The notes beneath the pieces were generated by a model. The model was not told the DNA's origin, did not search any database, and saw only the letters and a program-made list of their open reading frames with translations. Of a stretch of DNA of 42,650 nucleotides, positions 1-11,024 are shown piece by piece. This DNA comes from Campylobacterales bacterium (lineage in GTDB: Bacteria > Campylobacterota > Campylobacteria > Campylobacterales > SZUA-545): NCBI GenBank assembly GCA_025800305.1, contig JAOXRY010000233.1, forward strand, positions 1-42,650. Reading direction: 5' to 3'. The translations under genes and the position numbers were made by a program. Every line of letters begins with the position of its first letter. Within the stretch, counting starts at the first letter, position 1.

Positions 1-85
1 TTCTATCTAGTGTTACTGTCATGGTGTTTTCATCATTAGAAAAGACTAGGGTTGAAATAAAAACTATAAATAGTAGCTGTTTCAT
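1..85 (-). CDS. 5' end of a secreted or membrane-anchored protein (partial, runs off the window edge)
   Basis: Not in the ORF track because it is open-ended. The reverse strand reads AAGGAG-caag-ATG (ATG = 85..83), then MKQLLFIVFISTLVFSNDENTMTVTLDR with no stop before position 1. The N-terminus is hydrophobic and signal-peptide-like. Confidence 0.4.
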   Translation of the reverse strand, partial: MKQLLFIVFISTLVFSNDENTMTVTLDR

Positions 86-222
86 CTTGCTCCTTTTTTA
101 TTTATAAGGAGAAGTTTAAATTATTATATGGACAATATAATGTCGTTTTTTCTCTGTGTGATATTTTATGAACTAATATATTATATATTGTTGGATATTA
201 TTGAAATAGTGGCAGATTAAGA

Positions 223-834
223 TTAACAATTACCGCTAAACTTCTCCATAGTAGCACTTCCAGAACCGGTTACACCATCTCTTTTTACAACTTTTAAAAC
301 AGTCTGAATAATAATATTCAGATCCCCAACAAAAGAGATATTCTCCACATACTCCACATCAAAGCTAAATCTATCTTCCCAAGTCTGATTATTTCTTCCA
401 TTGACTTGTGCTAGACCTGTGATTCCTGGAAGGATATTGTGTCTTTTCTTTTGCTCTTCATTGTAGAGATCTAAATACTCAACCAAAAGAGGTCTAGGTC
501 CTATAAAACTCATCTCTCCTTTGAGGACATTAAGAAGTTGAGGAAGTTCATCAAGGCTTAGAGATCTAATTATTTTTCCAGCTTTTGTTAATCTTTTTTC
601 ATCAGGGAGAAGTTCTCCGTTTTCATCAGTTTCGTTTGTCATTGTTCTAAATTTAAAGATTGTAAAGATCTTCTCATCTTTTCCCGGTCTTTTTTGGGCA
701 AAGACGATTGGAGAGCCTATTGAGATCTTGACAGCTAAAGCAGAGAGTATGATTAGTGGAGAGAAAACTATCAGTAGAATTAGAGATAAAGATCTGTCTA
801 ATAGAGGTTTAAATATGTGCTGATAGATTTTCAT
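223..834 (-). CDS. pglC: Small monotopic phosphoglycosyl transferase (undecaprenyl-phosphate sugar-1-phosphate transferase), PglC-like
   Basis: 203 aa. One N-terminal hydrophobic segment precedes the conserved bacterial sugar-transferase core ([51 protein letters not shown]). Length and the C-terminal ...TMEKFSGN closely resemble Campylobacter PglC as I recall it. It lies directly downstream of a PglA-like gene. Sugar specificity cannot be read from the sequence. Confidence 0.7.
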   Translation of the reverse strand: MKIYQHIFKPLLDRSLSLILLIVFSPLIILSALAVKISIGSPIVFAQKRPGKDEKIFTIFKFRTMTNETDENGELLPDEKRLTKAGKIIRSLSLDELPQLLNVLKGEMSFIGPRPLLVEYLDLYNEEQKKRHNILPGITGLAQVNGRNNQTWEDRFSFDVEYVENISFVGDLNIIIQTVLKVVKRDGVTGSGSATMEKFSGNC

Positions 835-1951
835 AATACTCCATATATTTTTTCACAACTGTATGGCTGGAAAAGTTATCTATTGTCTTTTGATACGCAT
901 TCTCTGCCATCTTAGATCTTAGCGTATCATCTTCTAAGATCTCTTCAGTCTTCTGGCTTAAGATCTCATAGTTCTCTACAGGAACTAAATAACCATTATA
1001 TCCATTATCGACAACCTCTTTACATCCTACAGTATCAGTTGTAATCATAGCTTTTTTCATTGCACCAGCTTCTAAAAGAGTTCTTGGTGTTCCCTCTCTA
1101 TAGCTTGGAAGAACAAAAAGATCACAAAGTTCGATAATCTCTCTCACATCCCATCTCTCACCAAGATACTTTACATAAGGAGAGTGTAGAAACTTCTCAT
1201 CTAAACTTCCAGGATTTCCAATGTCACTTCCTCCAACAAATAAAAAGAGATAGCCTTTCTCTTTTAAGATCTCAGCAGATTTGTAATATTCCACAACTCC
1301 TTTGTGTTTTATTGCTCTTGCTATCATAAGAATAACTTTTTTTCCTTCAGGGTTTATCTCTTCTCTTAGAAGATCTAACTTCTCTTTATCAACACTCTCT
1401 TTGGAGAAAAACTCAGTATCAACACCAGAACTAACAACAAGCTTTGTTTTCTCTTTTTTTACAATCTTTTTCTCTACAAAATACTTTAGATCATCACTGT
1501 TTTGAAAGATAACCCCATGGGCTTTTCTAAAAGCACTTTTATAGAGTTTTTCCATCGTATTTTTAACGATTGTTGCTTTTTTTGATTTGCTGATATAGAA
1601 ACTTCCAAGCCCTGTAACAGTTGAGATAATAACGGGAACTTTCGCTAGATCTCCAGCGACTGCTCCGTAGATATTTGGTTTGGCAGTGAAAGAGTGGAGA
1701 ATATCAAGATCTAGGGGTTTTACAACTTTAAAAATATTATGAATAGTTTTTAATTCTTTCAGAGGATTGAGACTCTTTCTTGAGATCTTATATTCGATGA
1801 CTTCAATTCCCTCAGATCTCAGTTTCTCACATCCTTCTGAGCAAGGAGTAATGGCATAGACTTTATGTCCATTGGAGATCAGCCTTTTCATAATTGGGAG
1901 GCGAAAAAGATAGAGGTTCATGTCAAAATGGGATAAAAAACCAATTCTCAT
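809..1951 (-). CDS. pglA: GT4 family glycosyltransferase, PglA-like
   Basis: The track ORF is 809..1969. I prefer the internal ATG at 1951 (AAAGGA 6 nt upstream), which gives MRIGFLSH..., the N-terminus I recall for Campylobacter PglA. It has a GT-B/GT4 C-terminal region ([28 protein letters not shown]). The pglA->pglC gene order matches the C. jejuni pgl locus. Confidence 0.65.
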   Translation of the reverse strand: MRIGFLSHFDMNLYLFRLPIMKRLISNGHKVYAITPCSEGCEKLRSEGIEVIEYKISRKSLNPLKELKTIHNIFKVVKPLDLDILHSFTAKPNIYGAVAGDLAKVPVIISTVTGLGSFYISKSKKATIVKNTMEKLYKSAFRKAHGVIFQNSDDLKYFVEKKIVKKEKTKLVVSSGVDTEFFSKESVDKEKLDLLREEINPEGKKVILMIARAIKHKGVVEYYKSAEILKEKGYLFLFVGGSDIGNPGSLDEKFLHSPYVKYLGERWDVREIIELCDLFVLPSYREGTPRTLLEAGAMKKAMITTDTVGCKEVVDNGYNGYLVPVENYEILSQKTEEILEDDTLRSKMAENAYQKTIDNFSSHTVVKKYMEYYENLSAHI

Positions 1952-1959
1952 AGAAATCC

Positions 1960-2007
1960 TTTTGAACATTATATAAAAAGTAGTATTTTGAACATTATTA
2001 ATACTAC
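1960..2007. promoter_or_regulatory. Repeat-bearing divergent control region between pglA and the MCP gene
   Basis: The 13-nt direct repeat TTTTGAACATTAT occurs at 1960-1972 and 1986-1998. An 8-bp inverted repeat GTAGTATT (1980-1987) / AATACTAC (2000-2007) brackets the second copy. Confidence 0.3.
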
Positions 2008-2098
2008 CTTAAGATTTAAAATTAACTTAAATTATTCAATTTAAGAGCAACAAGAAAATGATATATTATTTATTTATCTTAAATCTAAGAGGAGATTA

Positions 2099-3694
2099 AT
2101 GTTTGAAAATCTAAAAATCGTTGTTCGGGGCAGACTTATTATAGCATTGGTTGTAATAGGTTTTCTAGCCAATATAGGTTTCATTTACAGTTCTTTAAAT
2201 AGCCTTTCTTTAAAAAATCAAAATACTAATTTGATTTTAGAAAGAGAGAGTATTATGAAGTCTTTAATGGTCGCAGGATTGTTGTTTAATAGTTCTAAAG
2301 GGGTCGTGTTTATGAACCCAAATAGTCAAAAAGCTAAGCAGACTATGAAAACAGCTATTGGCAAATTAAATAAAACAATGAAAGAGTTAAAGAAAAACTC
2401 TCCTCAGACTTATAAGAAGATTGAAAAAGAGTACATTGCAATGAGAGATTACTCAACGCAGTTAGTAAAAAGTGCAATGGACGGAAACCCTATAACAAAA
2501 CCTCAAAATAAAGAGGCACTGGCAAAGTGGAGAGGACTAAAGTTTAAAGTCCAACCGATTGCACAACAAAGTAGAAAAGAAGCGGCAAAATCTAAAAAAG
2601 AGTACGATGAATATTCATCAGGAGTAAATCAATTTGTGATAGTTGCTTCACTTTTAGGTTTGGTGTTTTTTGTAGCGTTTATGTACGCATTGATAAGAAG
2701 TATTACTACCTCTATTGAACAACTTGAAGAAGTAACAAAAGATCTAAGTCATGGAGAAGGAGATCTTACAAGAAGATTAATCCTTCATGGAAAAGATGAA
2801 CTTACAGAAGTAAGCCACTATATTAATGGTTTTATTGAAAAAATTCAAAATATTGTTATTGAGACGAAAAAAGTATCTTTAGAAAATCTTTCTCTTTCTT
2901 CTGAACTAAACAGCACTGTCATTTCGATAGAAAAAAGATTAGAAGAAGAGTCAGCAGAGTCTGACAAAACAAAGTCTATTGGTGATGGGATAAAAAGTAA
3001 AATTTGTGATTCTTCTAAAATGGTTCAAAAAACAGGAGATGATGTTGATGAAGCCTGTCACTCATTAGGTAAGGTTTCACAAGAGTTTGGAAAGCTTGTT
3101 GAGAATATTCATCATGTTTCCGAAGAAGAGAATCAAACCGCAGAAAGATTAAATCAGCTAAGTGATGAGACAGAACAAGTGAAAAATGTTCTCTCTATTA
3201 TCTCTGACATTGCAGAGCAGACAAATCTTCTAGCATTAAATGCTGCCATAGAAGCAGCAAGAGCTGGAGAACATGGTCGTGGTTTTGCTGTTGTTTCTGA
3301 TGAAGTTAGAAAACTGGCAGAGAGAACTCAAAAAAGTTTAGTTGAGATTAATTCAACAATCAATATTATTGTTCAAAGCATTACAGATTCCAGTGAGAAG
3401 ATGAATAAGAATGCAGAAAATGTAGAGCTTTTAGTCGGTGCATCAAAAGATCTTGAAGAGAGAATCGAAAATATTGAAACTATTATGAATAGTGTTAAAA
3501 CAGTTTCCCAAGAATCTACACAGACATCAATGGAGGTTGGAAAAGATACAGAGGATATTTTAAAAAGAATCGATATTATTGATGATTATTCAAAAGAGAA
3601 CACAAGAAGTGCAGAAGAGTTAACAGATGCTTCTAAACAGTTGGCAGATCTTGCTTCATCACTAAATGAGAGATTAGAAACTTTTAAAGCTTAG
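2099..3694 (+). CDS. Methyl-accepting chemotaxis protein
   Basis: GAGGAG Shine-Dalgarno before the ATG. The layout is an N-terminal TM, a ~150-aa periplasmic region, a second TM ([21 protein letters not shown]), a HAMP-like segment, and the highly conserved MCP signalling hairpin [38 protein letters not shown]. Confidence 0.9.
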   Translation: MFENLKIVVRGRLIIALVVIGFLANIGFIYSSLNSLSLKNQNTNLILERESIMKSLMVAGLLFNSSKGVVFMNPNSQKAKQTMKTAIGKLNKTMKELKKNSPQTYKKIEKEYIAMRDYSTQLVKSAMDGNPITKPQNKEALAKWRGLKFKVQPIAQQSRKEAAKSKKEYDEYSSGVNQFVIVASLLGLVFFVAFMYALIRSITTSIEQLEEVTKDLSHGEGDLTRRLILHGKDELTEVSHYINGFIEKIQNIVIETKKVSLENLSLSSELNSTVISIEKRLEEESAESDKTKSIGDGIKSKICDSSKMVQKTGDDVDEACHSLGKVSQEFGKLVENIHHVSEEENQTAERLNQLSDETEQVKNVLSIISDIAEQTNLLALNAAIEAARAGEHGRGFAVVSDEVRKLAERTQKSLVEINSTINIIVQSITDSSEKMNKNAENVELLVGASKDLEERIENIETIMNSVKTVSQESTQTSMEVGKDTEDILKRIDIIDDYSKENTRSAEELTDASKQLADLASSLNERLETFKA

Positions 3695-4616
3695 TAATAG
3701 CTTTTTTTGTCAAAGAGGAGATAGGAAAGGTATGGATTTTATTAAGATCTGCCCAAACTATTTCCTCCTTAAAACTCTCAATTTTATAAAGATTCACTGT
3801 TAACTTATATTTAGTGTAGCTGTGTTTAAAATCTCCTAAAAAATCTTCTTCTATTGGCTTAACAGAAGGAAGTTCAAGCATATTTTTATACATATTTCCA
3901 GAGGACGGTGTTAACGCAATTTTCCCATTTTCAATTAAAACTCCATAAAAAAGATCCATAGAGATATACTCTTTCTTTTTTACCTTTGTATAAAGTTCTG
4001 GTTCCTCTTTTCCCTGACACTTTTTCTCTAAAGGGCAACTTGGACATTTTGGATTTTTAGGAAGACAGATAAGAGATCCTAAATCCATTAAACCAAGATT
4101 GTGATTTCTTGGATCTTTTATATTTAAAAACTCTTCTGCTATTTTCCAGATCTCTTTTTCTTTTGGATTTACAAGAGCAAAGAATCTTTTTAAAACCCTT
4201 GAAATATTTGTATCTACAACAGGAATTTCTTGGTTTAATCCAAAGCTACAAACAGCACTGGCAGTATAGGCACCAACTCCAGAAAGTTTCATTAGATCTT
4301 GTACATTTGTTGGAAGTTTATCTTTTGCTTCATTGGCAGATTTATGAAGATTCTCTGCCCGTCTATAGTAACCAAGACCACTCCAAGAAGCCAAAACTTC
4401 ATCTAAAGAGCTATTAGCAAGATCTTTTAAAGTAGGGTATTTCTCTAGGAACTTTGGATAATACTCCTCTTTTACACGGCTTACTTGTGTTTGTTGAAGC
4501 ATTATTTCACTAAGGTAGACATGATACAGATTATCAGTATTTCTCCAAGGTAAATCATGCCTACCATATTTCTCATACCAATTTAAAAGAGCTTGTTGGG
4601 ATTTTTTATACATCAA
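3684..4616 (-). CDS. mutY: A/G-specific adenine DNA glycosylase
   Basis: HhH-GPD glycosylase core ([37 protein letters not shown]). It has the Fe-S cluster loop [17 protein letters not shown] and a C-terminal NUDIX-like domain. Confidence 0.85.
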   Translation of the reverse strand: MMYKKSQQALLNWYEKYGRHDLPWRNTDNLYHVYLSEIMLQQTQVSRVKEEYYPKFLEKYPTLKDLANSSLDEVLASWSGLGYYRRAENLHKSANEAKDKLPTNVQDLMKLSGVGAYTASAVCSFGLNQEIPVVDTNISRVLKRFFALVNPKEKEIWKIAEEFLNIKDPRNHNLGLMDLGSLICLPKNPKCPSCPLEKKCQGKEEPELYTKVKKKEYISMDLFYGVLIENGKIALTPSSGNMYKNMLELPSVKPIEEDFLGDFKHSYTKYKLTVNLYKIESFKEEIVWADLNKIHTFPISSLTKKAITKL

Positions 4617-4691
4617 AAAATTATACCAAAGGATGTATGGTTGAGTTTAGAAGTGTACAATAAGTTTACAATTTAACTCAAAAGGAAAAAT

Positions 4692-5114
4692 ATGATGGAG
4701 ACTTTTATTACATTTTTTATCTTTATAGCAATGACCAGTATTTTTGTGATTCACCTCTATTGGATGAAAGGTGGAGTTTGGCCAGGAAAAAATTATCAAG
4801 ATCTTGTAGATAAAGTATTAGGGATTGGAAATACCCTTCCATCAAAGCGGGATTTTTATTTTGTAAATACATTTTTTATTTTAATGGCTATTTTTCCTTT
4901 GTGTAAATACTTCTCTTGGGGAGTAGTGGAAGAGAAATATTTTAAGTATATTTCACTTTTTTTTGCAATTGTATTTTTTATAAGAGCAAGTACTATATTT
5001 TTTCCAAAAATTATAGGCAAAGCAAATAAAAAATTTAGAGAATTAAATAGAAAAGTTTACACTCCACTTTGTTTGGCTTTAGGGTGTGGTTATTTCTATC
5101 TTTATATGATATAA
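4692..5114 (+). CDS. Small multi-pass membrane protein, DUF3995-like
   Basis: 140 aa with four hydrophobic segments. The N-terminal HLYWMKGGVWPG motif is typical of DUF3995 proteins. AAGGAA Shine-Dalgarno before the ATG. Confidence 0.55.
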   Translation: MMETFITFFIFIAMTSIFVIHLYWMKGGVWPGKNYQDLVDKVLGIGNTLPSKRDFYFVNTFFILMAIFPLCKYFSWGVVEEKYFKYISLFFAIVFFIRASTIFFPKIIGKANKKFRELNRKVYTPLCLALGCGYFYLYMI

Positions 5115-5150
5115 AAAAACTAAGTCTTAACAAAATTGTTAAGACTTAGT
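5113..5150 (-). terminator. Intrinsic terminator at the end of the prp operon (possibly bidirectional)
   Basis: Near-perfect palindrome ACTAAGTCTTAACAA/TTGTTAAGACTTAGT (5119-5150). On the minus strand it is followed by a run of six T (5113-5118) and sits just after the prpF stop. On the plus strand it follows the DUF3995 gene but has no U-tract. Confidence 0.75.
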
Positions 5151-5154
5151 CCAT

Positions 5155-6333
5155 CTACTCAATAGTTTCTGCAGGAACGTGAACTTGACCGTCCATGATT
5201 ACTCTAGCAGATCTACTCATAGCAACTTTTTCAATTTCTATTTTGTTACCATCTTGTTTGATTGTTGCGCCAACTCTTAGCGTCCCTGATGGGTGACCAA
5301 AAACCACACTATCTCGCTCCCCTCCACCAGCCGCTAAGTTTACAAGTGTTCCAGGGATACATGCTGCAACACCTAAAGCAACGGAGGCGGTGCCCATCAT
5401 CGCGTGGTGAAGTTGACCCATTGATAGAGCTCTGGCATTAAGATCTATCATATCGGATTTTACTTCTGCTCCACTAGATGAGACGTAGTCTTGTGGCTTA
5501 GAAACAAAGGCTACTTTTGGTGTATGCTGTCTTGTTTCTGCTTCTTTTAAGTCAGAGATTAGACCCATTTTCATAGCACCGTATGCTCTTATTGTTTCAA
5601 ATCTTTCCAGTGCTTTTTCGTCACTATTAATATCAGGTTGTAGTTCTGTTCCTTTATAGCCAATCTCATCAGCATTTAGAAAGATTGTAGGAATACCTGC
5701 TGTAATCATTGTTGCTTTAAAAGTTCCGATTCCAGGAACTTCTAAATCATCAACAATATTTCCTGTTGGAAATAGTTTCTCATCAGGGTCAACAGGAGCT
5801 ACGAACTCAATAATAACTTCTGCCGCAGGGAAAGCAACACCGTCAAGGATGAATTCACCCATCTCTTGTACAACGCCGTTTGCCATTGGAACGTAAGCGA
5901 TAATTGTTTTTTGGATCTGTGTTTGCCAGATTCTAACTTCAACAATACCGTTTTCTACTAATTTAGACTCATCAACTAAACCAGATTTAATCGCAAAAGA
6001 ACCAACCGCGCCAGAGAGGTTACCGCAGTTACCACTCCAGTCTACAAAAGGTTTATCGATTGCAACTTGACCAAAATAGTAATCAACATCGTGATCATCT
6101 CTTTGGCTTTTACCAACGATAACAGTTTTACTTGTACTAGAAGTAGCGCCGCCCATTCCATCAATCTGTTTTTTGTACGGATCTGGACTACCTACAACTC
6201 TTAAAAGGAATTTGTCTTTCTTTTCTTTGTCATTCCAGATCTCAGCTGGGATGTCAGCAAGATTAAAAAAAGTTCCTTTACTAGTCCCACCACGCATATA
6301 CGTAGCAGGAACTTTAATTTGCGGTTTATACAT
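5155..6333 (-). CDS. prpF: 2-methylaconitate cis-trans isomerase
   Basis: The N-terminus ...PQIKVPATYMRGGTSKGTFF is the PrpF signature start. Size is 392 aa. It lies immediately downstream of acnD. Confidence 0.9.
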   Translation of the reverse strand: MYKPQIKVPATYMRGGTSKGTFFNLADIPAEIWNDKEKKDKFLLRVVGSPDPYKKQIDGMGGATSSTSKTVIVGKSQRDDHDVDYYFGQVAIDKPFVDWSGNCGNLSGAVGSFAIKSGLVDESKLVENGIVEVRIWQTQIQKTIIAYVPMANGVVQEMGEFILDGVAFPAAEVIIEFVAPVDPDEKLFPTGNIVDDLEVPGIGTFKATMITAGIPTIFLNADEIGYKGTELQPDINSDEKALERFETIRAYGAMKMGLISDLKEAETRQHTPKVAFVSKPQDYVSSSGAEVKSDMIDLNARALSMGQLHHAMMGTASVALGVAACIPGTLVNLAAGGGERDSVVFGHPSGTLRVGATIKQDGNKIEIEKVAMSRSARVIMDGQVHVPAETIE

Positions 6334-6335
6334 TT

Positions 6336-8930
6336 TTATGCCTCACTTGCAATAACGTCTTTTGCAAACTTCTGTAAGATACCACCAGCGTTGTAAACTG
6401 CAACTTCTGCACTTGTATCTAGTCTACATAACACAGGGATTTTTACAATTTCGCCGTTTGCTCTTGTCATTACAACAGTTAAAGTAGTTCTTGGTGTGAT
6501 TTCACCTGTTACTTCGAAAGTTTCACTACCGTCAATTGCGTATGTATTTCTTGTTTCACCTTCTTTGAATTGAAGAGGTAATACACCCATACCAACAAGG
6601 TTTGTTCTGTGAATTCTCTCGATTGATTCAGCAACTAAAACTTCAACACCAGCTAGTCTAACACCTTTTGCAGCCCAGTCACGTGAGCTTCCTTGACCAT
6701 AGTTAGTTCCAGCAACAATAATTAGACCTTGTTTTCTTTGGTTATAAGTCTCGATTGCTTCCCACATTCTAGACTCTTTTGCCTCAGGCATAATTTTTGT
6801 TAGAGATCCCTGCTTAACGTTACCGTCAGCGTCTTTACACATTTCATTAAATAGTTTAGGGTTTGCTAGAGTTGCTCTAGACGCTGTATTGTGATCCCCT
6901 CTATGTGTTGCATATGAGTTAAGATCATCAATAGGTAGACCCATTTTAATACAGTACTCACCAGAAGCAGATTCAGGAAGAATTGCATTTGATGGTGATA
7001 AGTGGTCTGTTGTGATGTTATCTGGGAATACACCTAATGGTCTTAGATCTTTAAGTGCTGGTCTTCCCATAAATTCATCATCCCAGTATGGTGGTTTTTG
7101 AATATATGTCGACTGTGGATTCCAGTTATAGAATGGCTCAGCTTTCTCACCCTCAACACCGTCTCTTGCGAACATTGGGTCATAAATTTCACCAAACATC
7201 TCTGGTTTAACAGCACTGTTTACAACTTCGTCAATCTCAGCGTCACTTGGCCATAGATCTTTAAGTGTAATATCATTGCCATTAGAATCTTTTCCTAATA
7301 CGTCTTTTTCAATATCGAATCTAATTGAACCAGCGATTGCATAAGCAATTACTAGTGGAGGAGAAGCTAAGAATGCCTCTTTTACGTATGGATGGATTCT
7401 ACCGTCAAAGTTTCTGTTTCCTGAAAGAACAGCAGTTGTATAGATCTCATTATCAACAGCCTCTTTTTGGATTTTTGGATCTAATGCACCACTCATACCA
7501 TTACAAGTTGTACATGCAAAACCAACAATACCAAAACCAAGTTTTTCTAATTCTGGCATTAAACCAGACTCTCTTAGGTAAAGTTGTGCAACTTTAGAAC
7601 CAGGTGCTAAAGATGATTTAACCCATGGTTTTCTTGTTAAGCCAAGCTCATTTGCTTTTTTAGCAAGAAGACCTGCTGCAACAACGTTTCTTGGGTTAGA
7701 AGTATTTGTACAAGACGTAATTGCTGCAATTAAAACAGCGCCGTCTGGCATTGTGTCTTCTTTGATTTCGATGTTTTTAGTTATTCCTTCAGCTTCTAAA
7801 GTTGAAGTTGGAACTAGTTTGTGTGGCTTAGACGGACCAGCTAAAGATCTTGTGACTTCTGTTAAATCAAAAGTTAAAGTTCTAGCGTATGTAGCGTTTT
7901 CAAATTGGTCAGCCCATAAACCGTTAGCTTTAGCATACGCCTCAACTAATTTAATTTGATCACTATCTCTACCAGTTACTCTTAAGTAATCAATAGTTTG
8001 CTCATCAATAGCGAACATACCAGCACTTGCACCATACTCTGGAGTCATGTTAGCGATGGTTGCTCTATCACCAAGGTTGAGGTACCCAATACCAGAACCG
8101 TAGAACTCTAAGTAAGCAGAAATAACGTTGTTATCTCTTAAGAACGCAGTTAATGCTAAAGCGATATCTGTAGCTGTGATACCTTCCGCTCTTGTACCAG
8201 TGATTTCAACACCGATAATCTCTGGAACTCTCATATAAGATGGATTTCCAAGCATTACGTTTTCAGCTTCAAGACCACCAACACCAACAGCGATAACGCC
8301 CAGTGCGTCAACGTGAGGAGTGTGTGAGTCAGTTCCTACTAATGTATCAGGACTAGCGATTCCATCATCGTTGTGAACAACAGGAGACATCTTCTCTAGG
8401 TTGATTTGGTGCATAATACCGTTACCTGGAGGAATAACATCTACATTGTCAAATGCTTCTTTTGTCCAGTTAATAAAATCGAATCTATCAGCATTTCTTC
8501 TATCTTCGATATCTCTATTTTTTTGGAAAGCATCTGGATCAAAACCACCACATTCAACAGCTAAAGAGTGATCAACAATTAACTGTGTAGGAACAACTGG
8601 ATTAACTTTTTGTGGATCCCCGCCCTCTTTTGCTATTGCTTCTCTTAGACCTGCTAAATCAACAAACGCTGTTAAACCTAAAATATCGTGACAGATAACA
8701 CGGCTTGGGTACCAAGGGAAATCTTTATCAGTTCTTTTTTCAATTAATTGAACTAAAGAATCTTTAAGATCTGCCTCTGGGCATTTTCTAATTAGGTTCT
8801 CTGCTAATACTCTTGATGTATAGTTAAGCTTTTCAAATGAGCCAGGTTGAATCTCTTCAACCGCAGCTTTTACATCATAATATTTAGCATCAATACCCTC
8901 TAATGACTTTAAATATTTATCCCTATTCAT
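6336..8930 (-). CDS. acnD: Fe/S-dependent 2-methylcitrate dehydratase, aconitase family
   Basis: 864-aa aconitase-family protein (GTDSHT, ITSCTNTSNP, ACTTCNGMSG cluster-ligand contexts, SGNRNFDGR). The position between prpC and prpF is diagnostic for AcnD. Confidence 0.9.
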   Translation of the reverse strand: MNRDKYLKSLEGIDAKYYDVKAAVEEIQPGSFEKLNYTSRVLAENLIRKCPEADLKDSLVQLIEKRTDKDFPWYPSRVICHDILGLTAFVDLAGLREAIAKEGGDPQKVNPVVPTQLIVDHSLAVECGGFDPDAFQKNRDIEDRRNADRFDFINWTKEAFDNVDVIPPGNGIMHQINLEKMSPVVHNDDGIASPDTLVGTDSHTPHVDALGVIAVGVGGLEAENVMLGNPSYMRVPEIIGVEITGTRAEGITATDIALALTAFLRDNNVISAYLEFYGSGIGYLNLGDRATIANMTPEYGASAGMFAIDEQTIDYLRVTGRDSDQIKLVEAYAKANGLWADQFENATYARTLTFDLTEVTRSLAGPSKPHKLVPTSTLEAEGITKNIEIKEDTMPDGAVLIAAITSCTNTSNPRNVVAAGLLAKKANELGLTRKPWVKSSLAPGSKVAQLYLRESGLMPELEKLGFGIVGFACTTCNGMSGALDPKIQKEAVDNEIYTTAVLSGNRNFDGRIHPYVKEAFLASPPLVIAYAIAGSIRFDIEKDVLGKDSNGNDITLKDLWPSDAEIDEVVNSAVKPEMFGEIYDPMFARDGVEGEKAEPFYNWNPQSTYIQKPPYWDDEFMGRPALKDLRPLGVFPDNITTDHLSPSNAILPESASGEYCIKMGLPIDDLNSYATHRGDHNTASRATLANPKLFNEMCKDADGNVKQGSLTKIMPEAKESRMWEAIETYNQRKQGLIIVAGTNYGQGSSRDWAAKGVRLAGVEVLVAESIERIHRTNLVGMGVLPLQFKEGETRNTYAIDGSETFEVTGEITPRTTLTVVMTRANGEIVKIPVLCRLDTSAEVAVYNAGGILQKFAKDVIASEA

Positions 8931-8932
8931 AT

Positions 8933-10060
8933 TTATTCTCTTTCTTCTAAAGGAACATATTTTAGGTTCTCTGGTCCTGTATAGTTAGCAGAAGGTCTGA
9001 TGATTTTTCCATCCTCTCTTTGTTCAATAACATGTGCACCCCATCCACTTGCTCTTGCGATAATAAAGATTGGAGTAAACATATCTGTTGGAATTCCCAT
9101 TGCGTTATAAGAAACTGCAGAGAACCAATCTAAGTTAGGAAACATCTTCTTAGCGTCAAACATTACAGACTCAATTCTTTCTGCAACATCATACATTAAT
9201 GTATCGTTATTCTCATCTGCTAAATCTTTAGCAACCTTTTTAATTACAACATTTCTTGGATCACTAATTGTATAAACAGGGTGACCAAAACCAATGATGA
9301 TTTCTTTTCTTGCCATTCTCTCTTTGATATCAGACTCTGCTTCATCAGCACTTGAATATCTTTCTTGAATTCTAAATGCTTCTTCATTTGCTCCACCATG
9401 TTTTGGTCCTCTTAAAGCACCAATTGCACCAGTCATTGCAGAGAACATACATGAATTTGTTCCAGCTACTACTCTTGCTGTAAAAGTAGAAGCATTAAAC
9501 TCATGTTCTGCATAAAGAATTAAAGAAGTATGCATAGCTCTTACCCACTTATCACTTGGTTTTTTACCATGAAGTAGGTGTAAAAAGTGGCCACCAATTG
9601 TTTCATCATCTGTTACTAAGTCAATCTTTTTATTGTTGTGAGAGTAGTGATACCAGTAAAGAAGAATCGAACCAAAACAAGCCATCAATCTATCTACAAT
9701 ATCTTGTGCGGCCTCTTTTGGATGACTTTGATCCTCAGGCTCCATACAACCAAGAGCTGAACAGCCTGTTCTCATAACATCCATTGGATGAGTGTCTTTT
9801 GGAAGTTGTTCTAGTACAACTTTGACACTTTTAGGTAGATCTCTCATCCCTTGTAGTTTCTTTTTATACTCAGCTAATTCTGCTTTATTTGGAAGCTTCT
9901 CATGTACGATTAAATATGCAATCTCTTCAAACTCTGCTTGTGTCGCAAATTCTAAAATGTCATAACCTCTATAGTGTAAGTCATTTCCAGTTCTACCAAC
10001 TGTACAAATCGCTGTATTTCCTGCCGCTGTTCCTGATAGTGCTACTGATTTTTTACCCAT
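8933..10060 (-). CDS. prpC: 2-methylcitrate synthase
   Basis: Citrate-synthase family member of 375 aa ([29 protein letters not shown]) in prp operon context. Confidence 0.9.
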   Translation of the reverse strand: MGKKSVALSGTAAGNTAICTVGRTGNDLHYRGYDILEFATQAEFEEIAYLIVHEKLPNKAELAEYKKKLQGMRDLPKSVKVVLEQLPKDTHPMDVMRTGCSALGCMEPEDQSHPKEAAQDIVDRLMACFGSILLYWYHYSHNNKKIDLVTDDETIGGHFLHLLHGKKPSDKWVRAMHTSLILYAEHEFNASTFTARVVAGTNSCMFSAMTGAIGALRGPKHGGANEEAFRIQERYSSADEAESDIKERMARKEIIIGFGHPVYTISDPRNVVIKKVAKDLADENNDTLMYDVAERIESVMFDAKKMFPNLDWFSAVSYNAMGIPTDMFTPIFIIARASGWGAHVIEQREDGKIIRPSANYTGPENLKYVPLEERE

Positions 10061-10072
10061 GATAGTTCCTTC

Positions 10073-10945
10073 TTATTTTTTACAAGCAAATAGCTGATCT
10101 AGTTTGTCTTCATATGAGTGATAATCTAACATCTCATAAAGTTCTGCTCTTGTTTGCATAATGTCAAGGACGTCTGCTTGTGTACCTTTTTCTTTAATTG
10201 TTTTAAATACTTCAAAAGCACCTTTATTCATCGCTCTAAAACCAGATAGTGGATATAGAACCATATCAATACCAACACCAGCAAGTTCATCAACAGTAAA
10301 CATTGGAGTTTTACCAAACTCTGTGATATTTGCTAAAACTGGTACGTTAATCGCAGATGTAAAATCTTTATACTCTTCTAAAGTGTGAATAGCTTCAGCG
10401 AAAATCATATCTGCTCCAGCTTCAACATAAGCATTTGCTCTATCTAGGGCTGCTTGTTGTCCTTCACTTGCATGTGCATCTGTTCTTGCCATAATTACAA
10501 ACTGACTATCTGTTTTAGCATCAACAGCAGCTTTTACTCTATCGCTCATCTCATCAATTGAAACTAACTCTTTGTTTGGTCTGTGACCACACCTTTTTTG
10601 TGCTACTTGATCTTCAATATGAAAACCAGCTGCACCTGCTGCTGTCATCTCTCTAACAGTTCTTGCAATATTAAATGCTCCACCCCAACCTGTATCAGCG
10701 TCAACTAATAATGGCAGATCAGATCTACCTGTGATTCTTCTAATATCGATACATACATCTTCTAGCATTGTCATACCAAGATCTGGTAGACCATAACTTG
10801 CATTTGCAACACCAGCACCTGAAAGATATAGTGCTTTTGCTCCAGCTGCTTTTGCTTGGATTGCACTGTATGCGTTAATTACACCTAAGATTTGTAGTGG
10901 ATGTTCTTCTTTTAAAGCTTCTCTAAATTTTTTTCCTGCACTCAT
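10073..10945 (-). CDS. prpB: 2-methylisocitrate lyase
   Basis: Strong resemblance to E. coli PrpB: [33 protein letters not shown] (catalytic KRCGH), FVIMARTDA. Confidence 0.92.
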   Translation of the reverse strand: MSAGKKFREALKEEHPLQILGVINAYSAIQAKAAGAKALYLSGAGVANASYGLPDLGMTMLEDVCIDIRRITGRSDLPLLVDADTGWGGAFNIARTVREMTAAGAAGFHIEDQVAQKRCGHRPNKELVSIDEMSDRVKAAVDAKTDSQFVIMARTDAHASEGQQAALDRANAYVEAGADMIFAEAIHTLEEYKDFTSAINVPVLANITEFGKTPMFTVDELAGVGIDMVLYPLSGFRAMNKGAFEVFKTIKEKGTQADVLDIMQTRAELYEMLDYHSYEDKLDQLFACKK

Positions 10946-10972
10946 GATATATTCCTTAGTTAAATTATTGTA

Positions 10973-10992
10973 GGCGGGGAAAGTATCCCCCG
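10973..10992 (-). other. GC-only hairpin between prpE and prpB
   Basis: GCGGGG (10973-10978) / CCCCGC (10987-10992) with an 8-nt loop. It lies between the prpE stop and the prpB Shine-Dalgarno (AAGGAA) and has no U-tract after it. It is the most GC-rich short element I noticed in the window. Confidence 0.4.
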
Positions 10993-11024
10993 CAAGAAAA
11001 GTGAATTTTACTGAATCACTCTTT

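Noticed and set aside
90-112. CTCCTT-N11-AAGGAG inverted repeat that could sequester the Shine-Dalgarno of the partial gene at 1-85.
   Set aside because: The stem is only 6 bp, in AT-rich DNA. It is easily due to chance, and I have no second line of evidence.
128-220. 30-aa plus-strand ORF (MDNIMSFFLCVIFYELIYYILLDIIEIVAD) downstream of an AAGGAG.
   Set aside because: The AAGGAG lies ~15 nt from the ATG, which is too far. It is better explained as the partner arm of the repeat described above. The peptide has no features.
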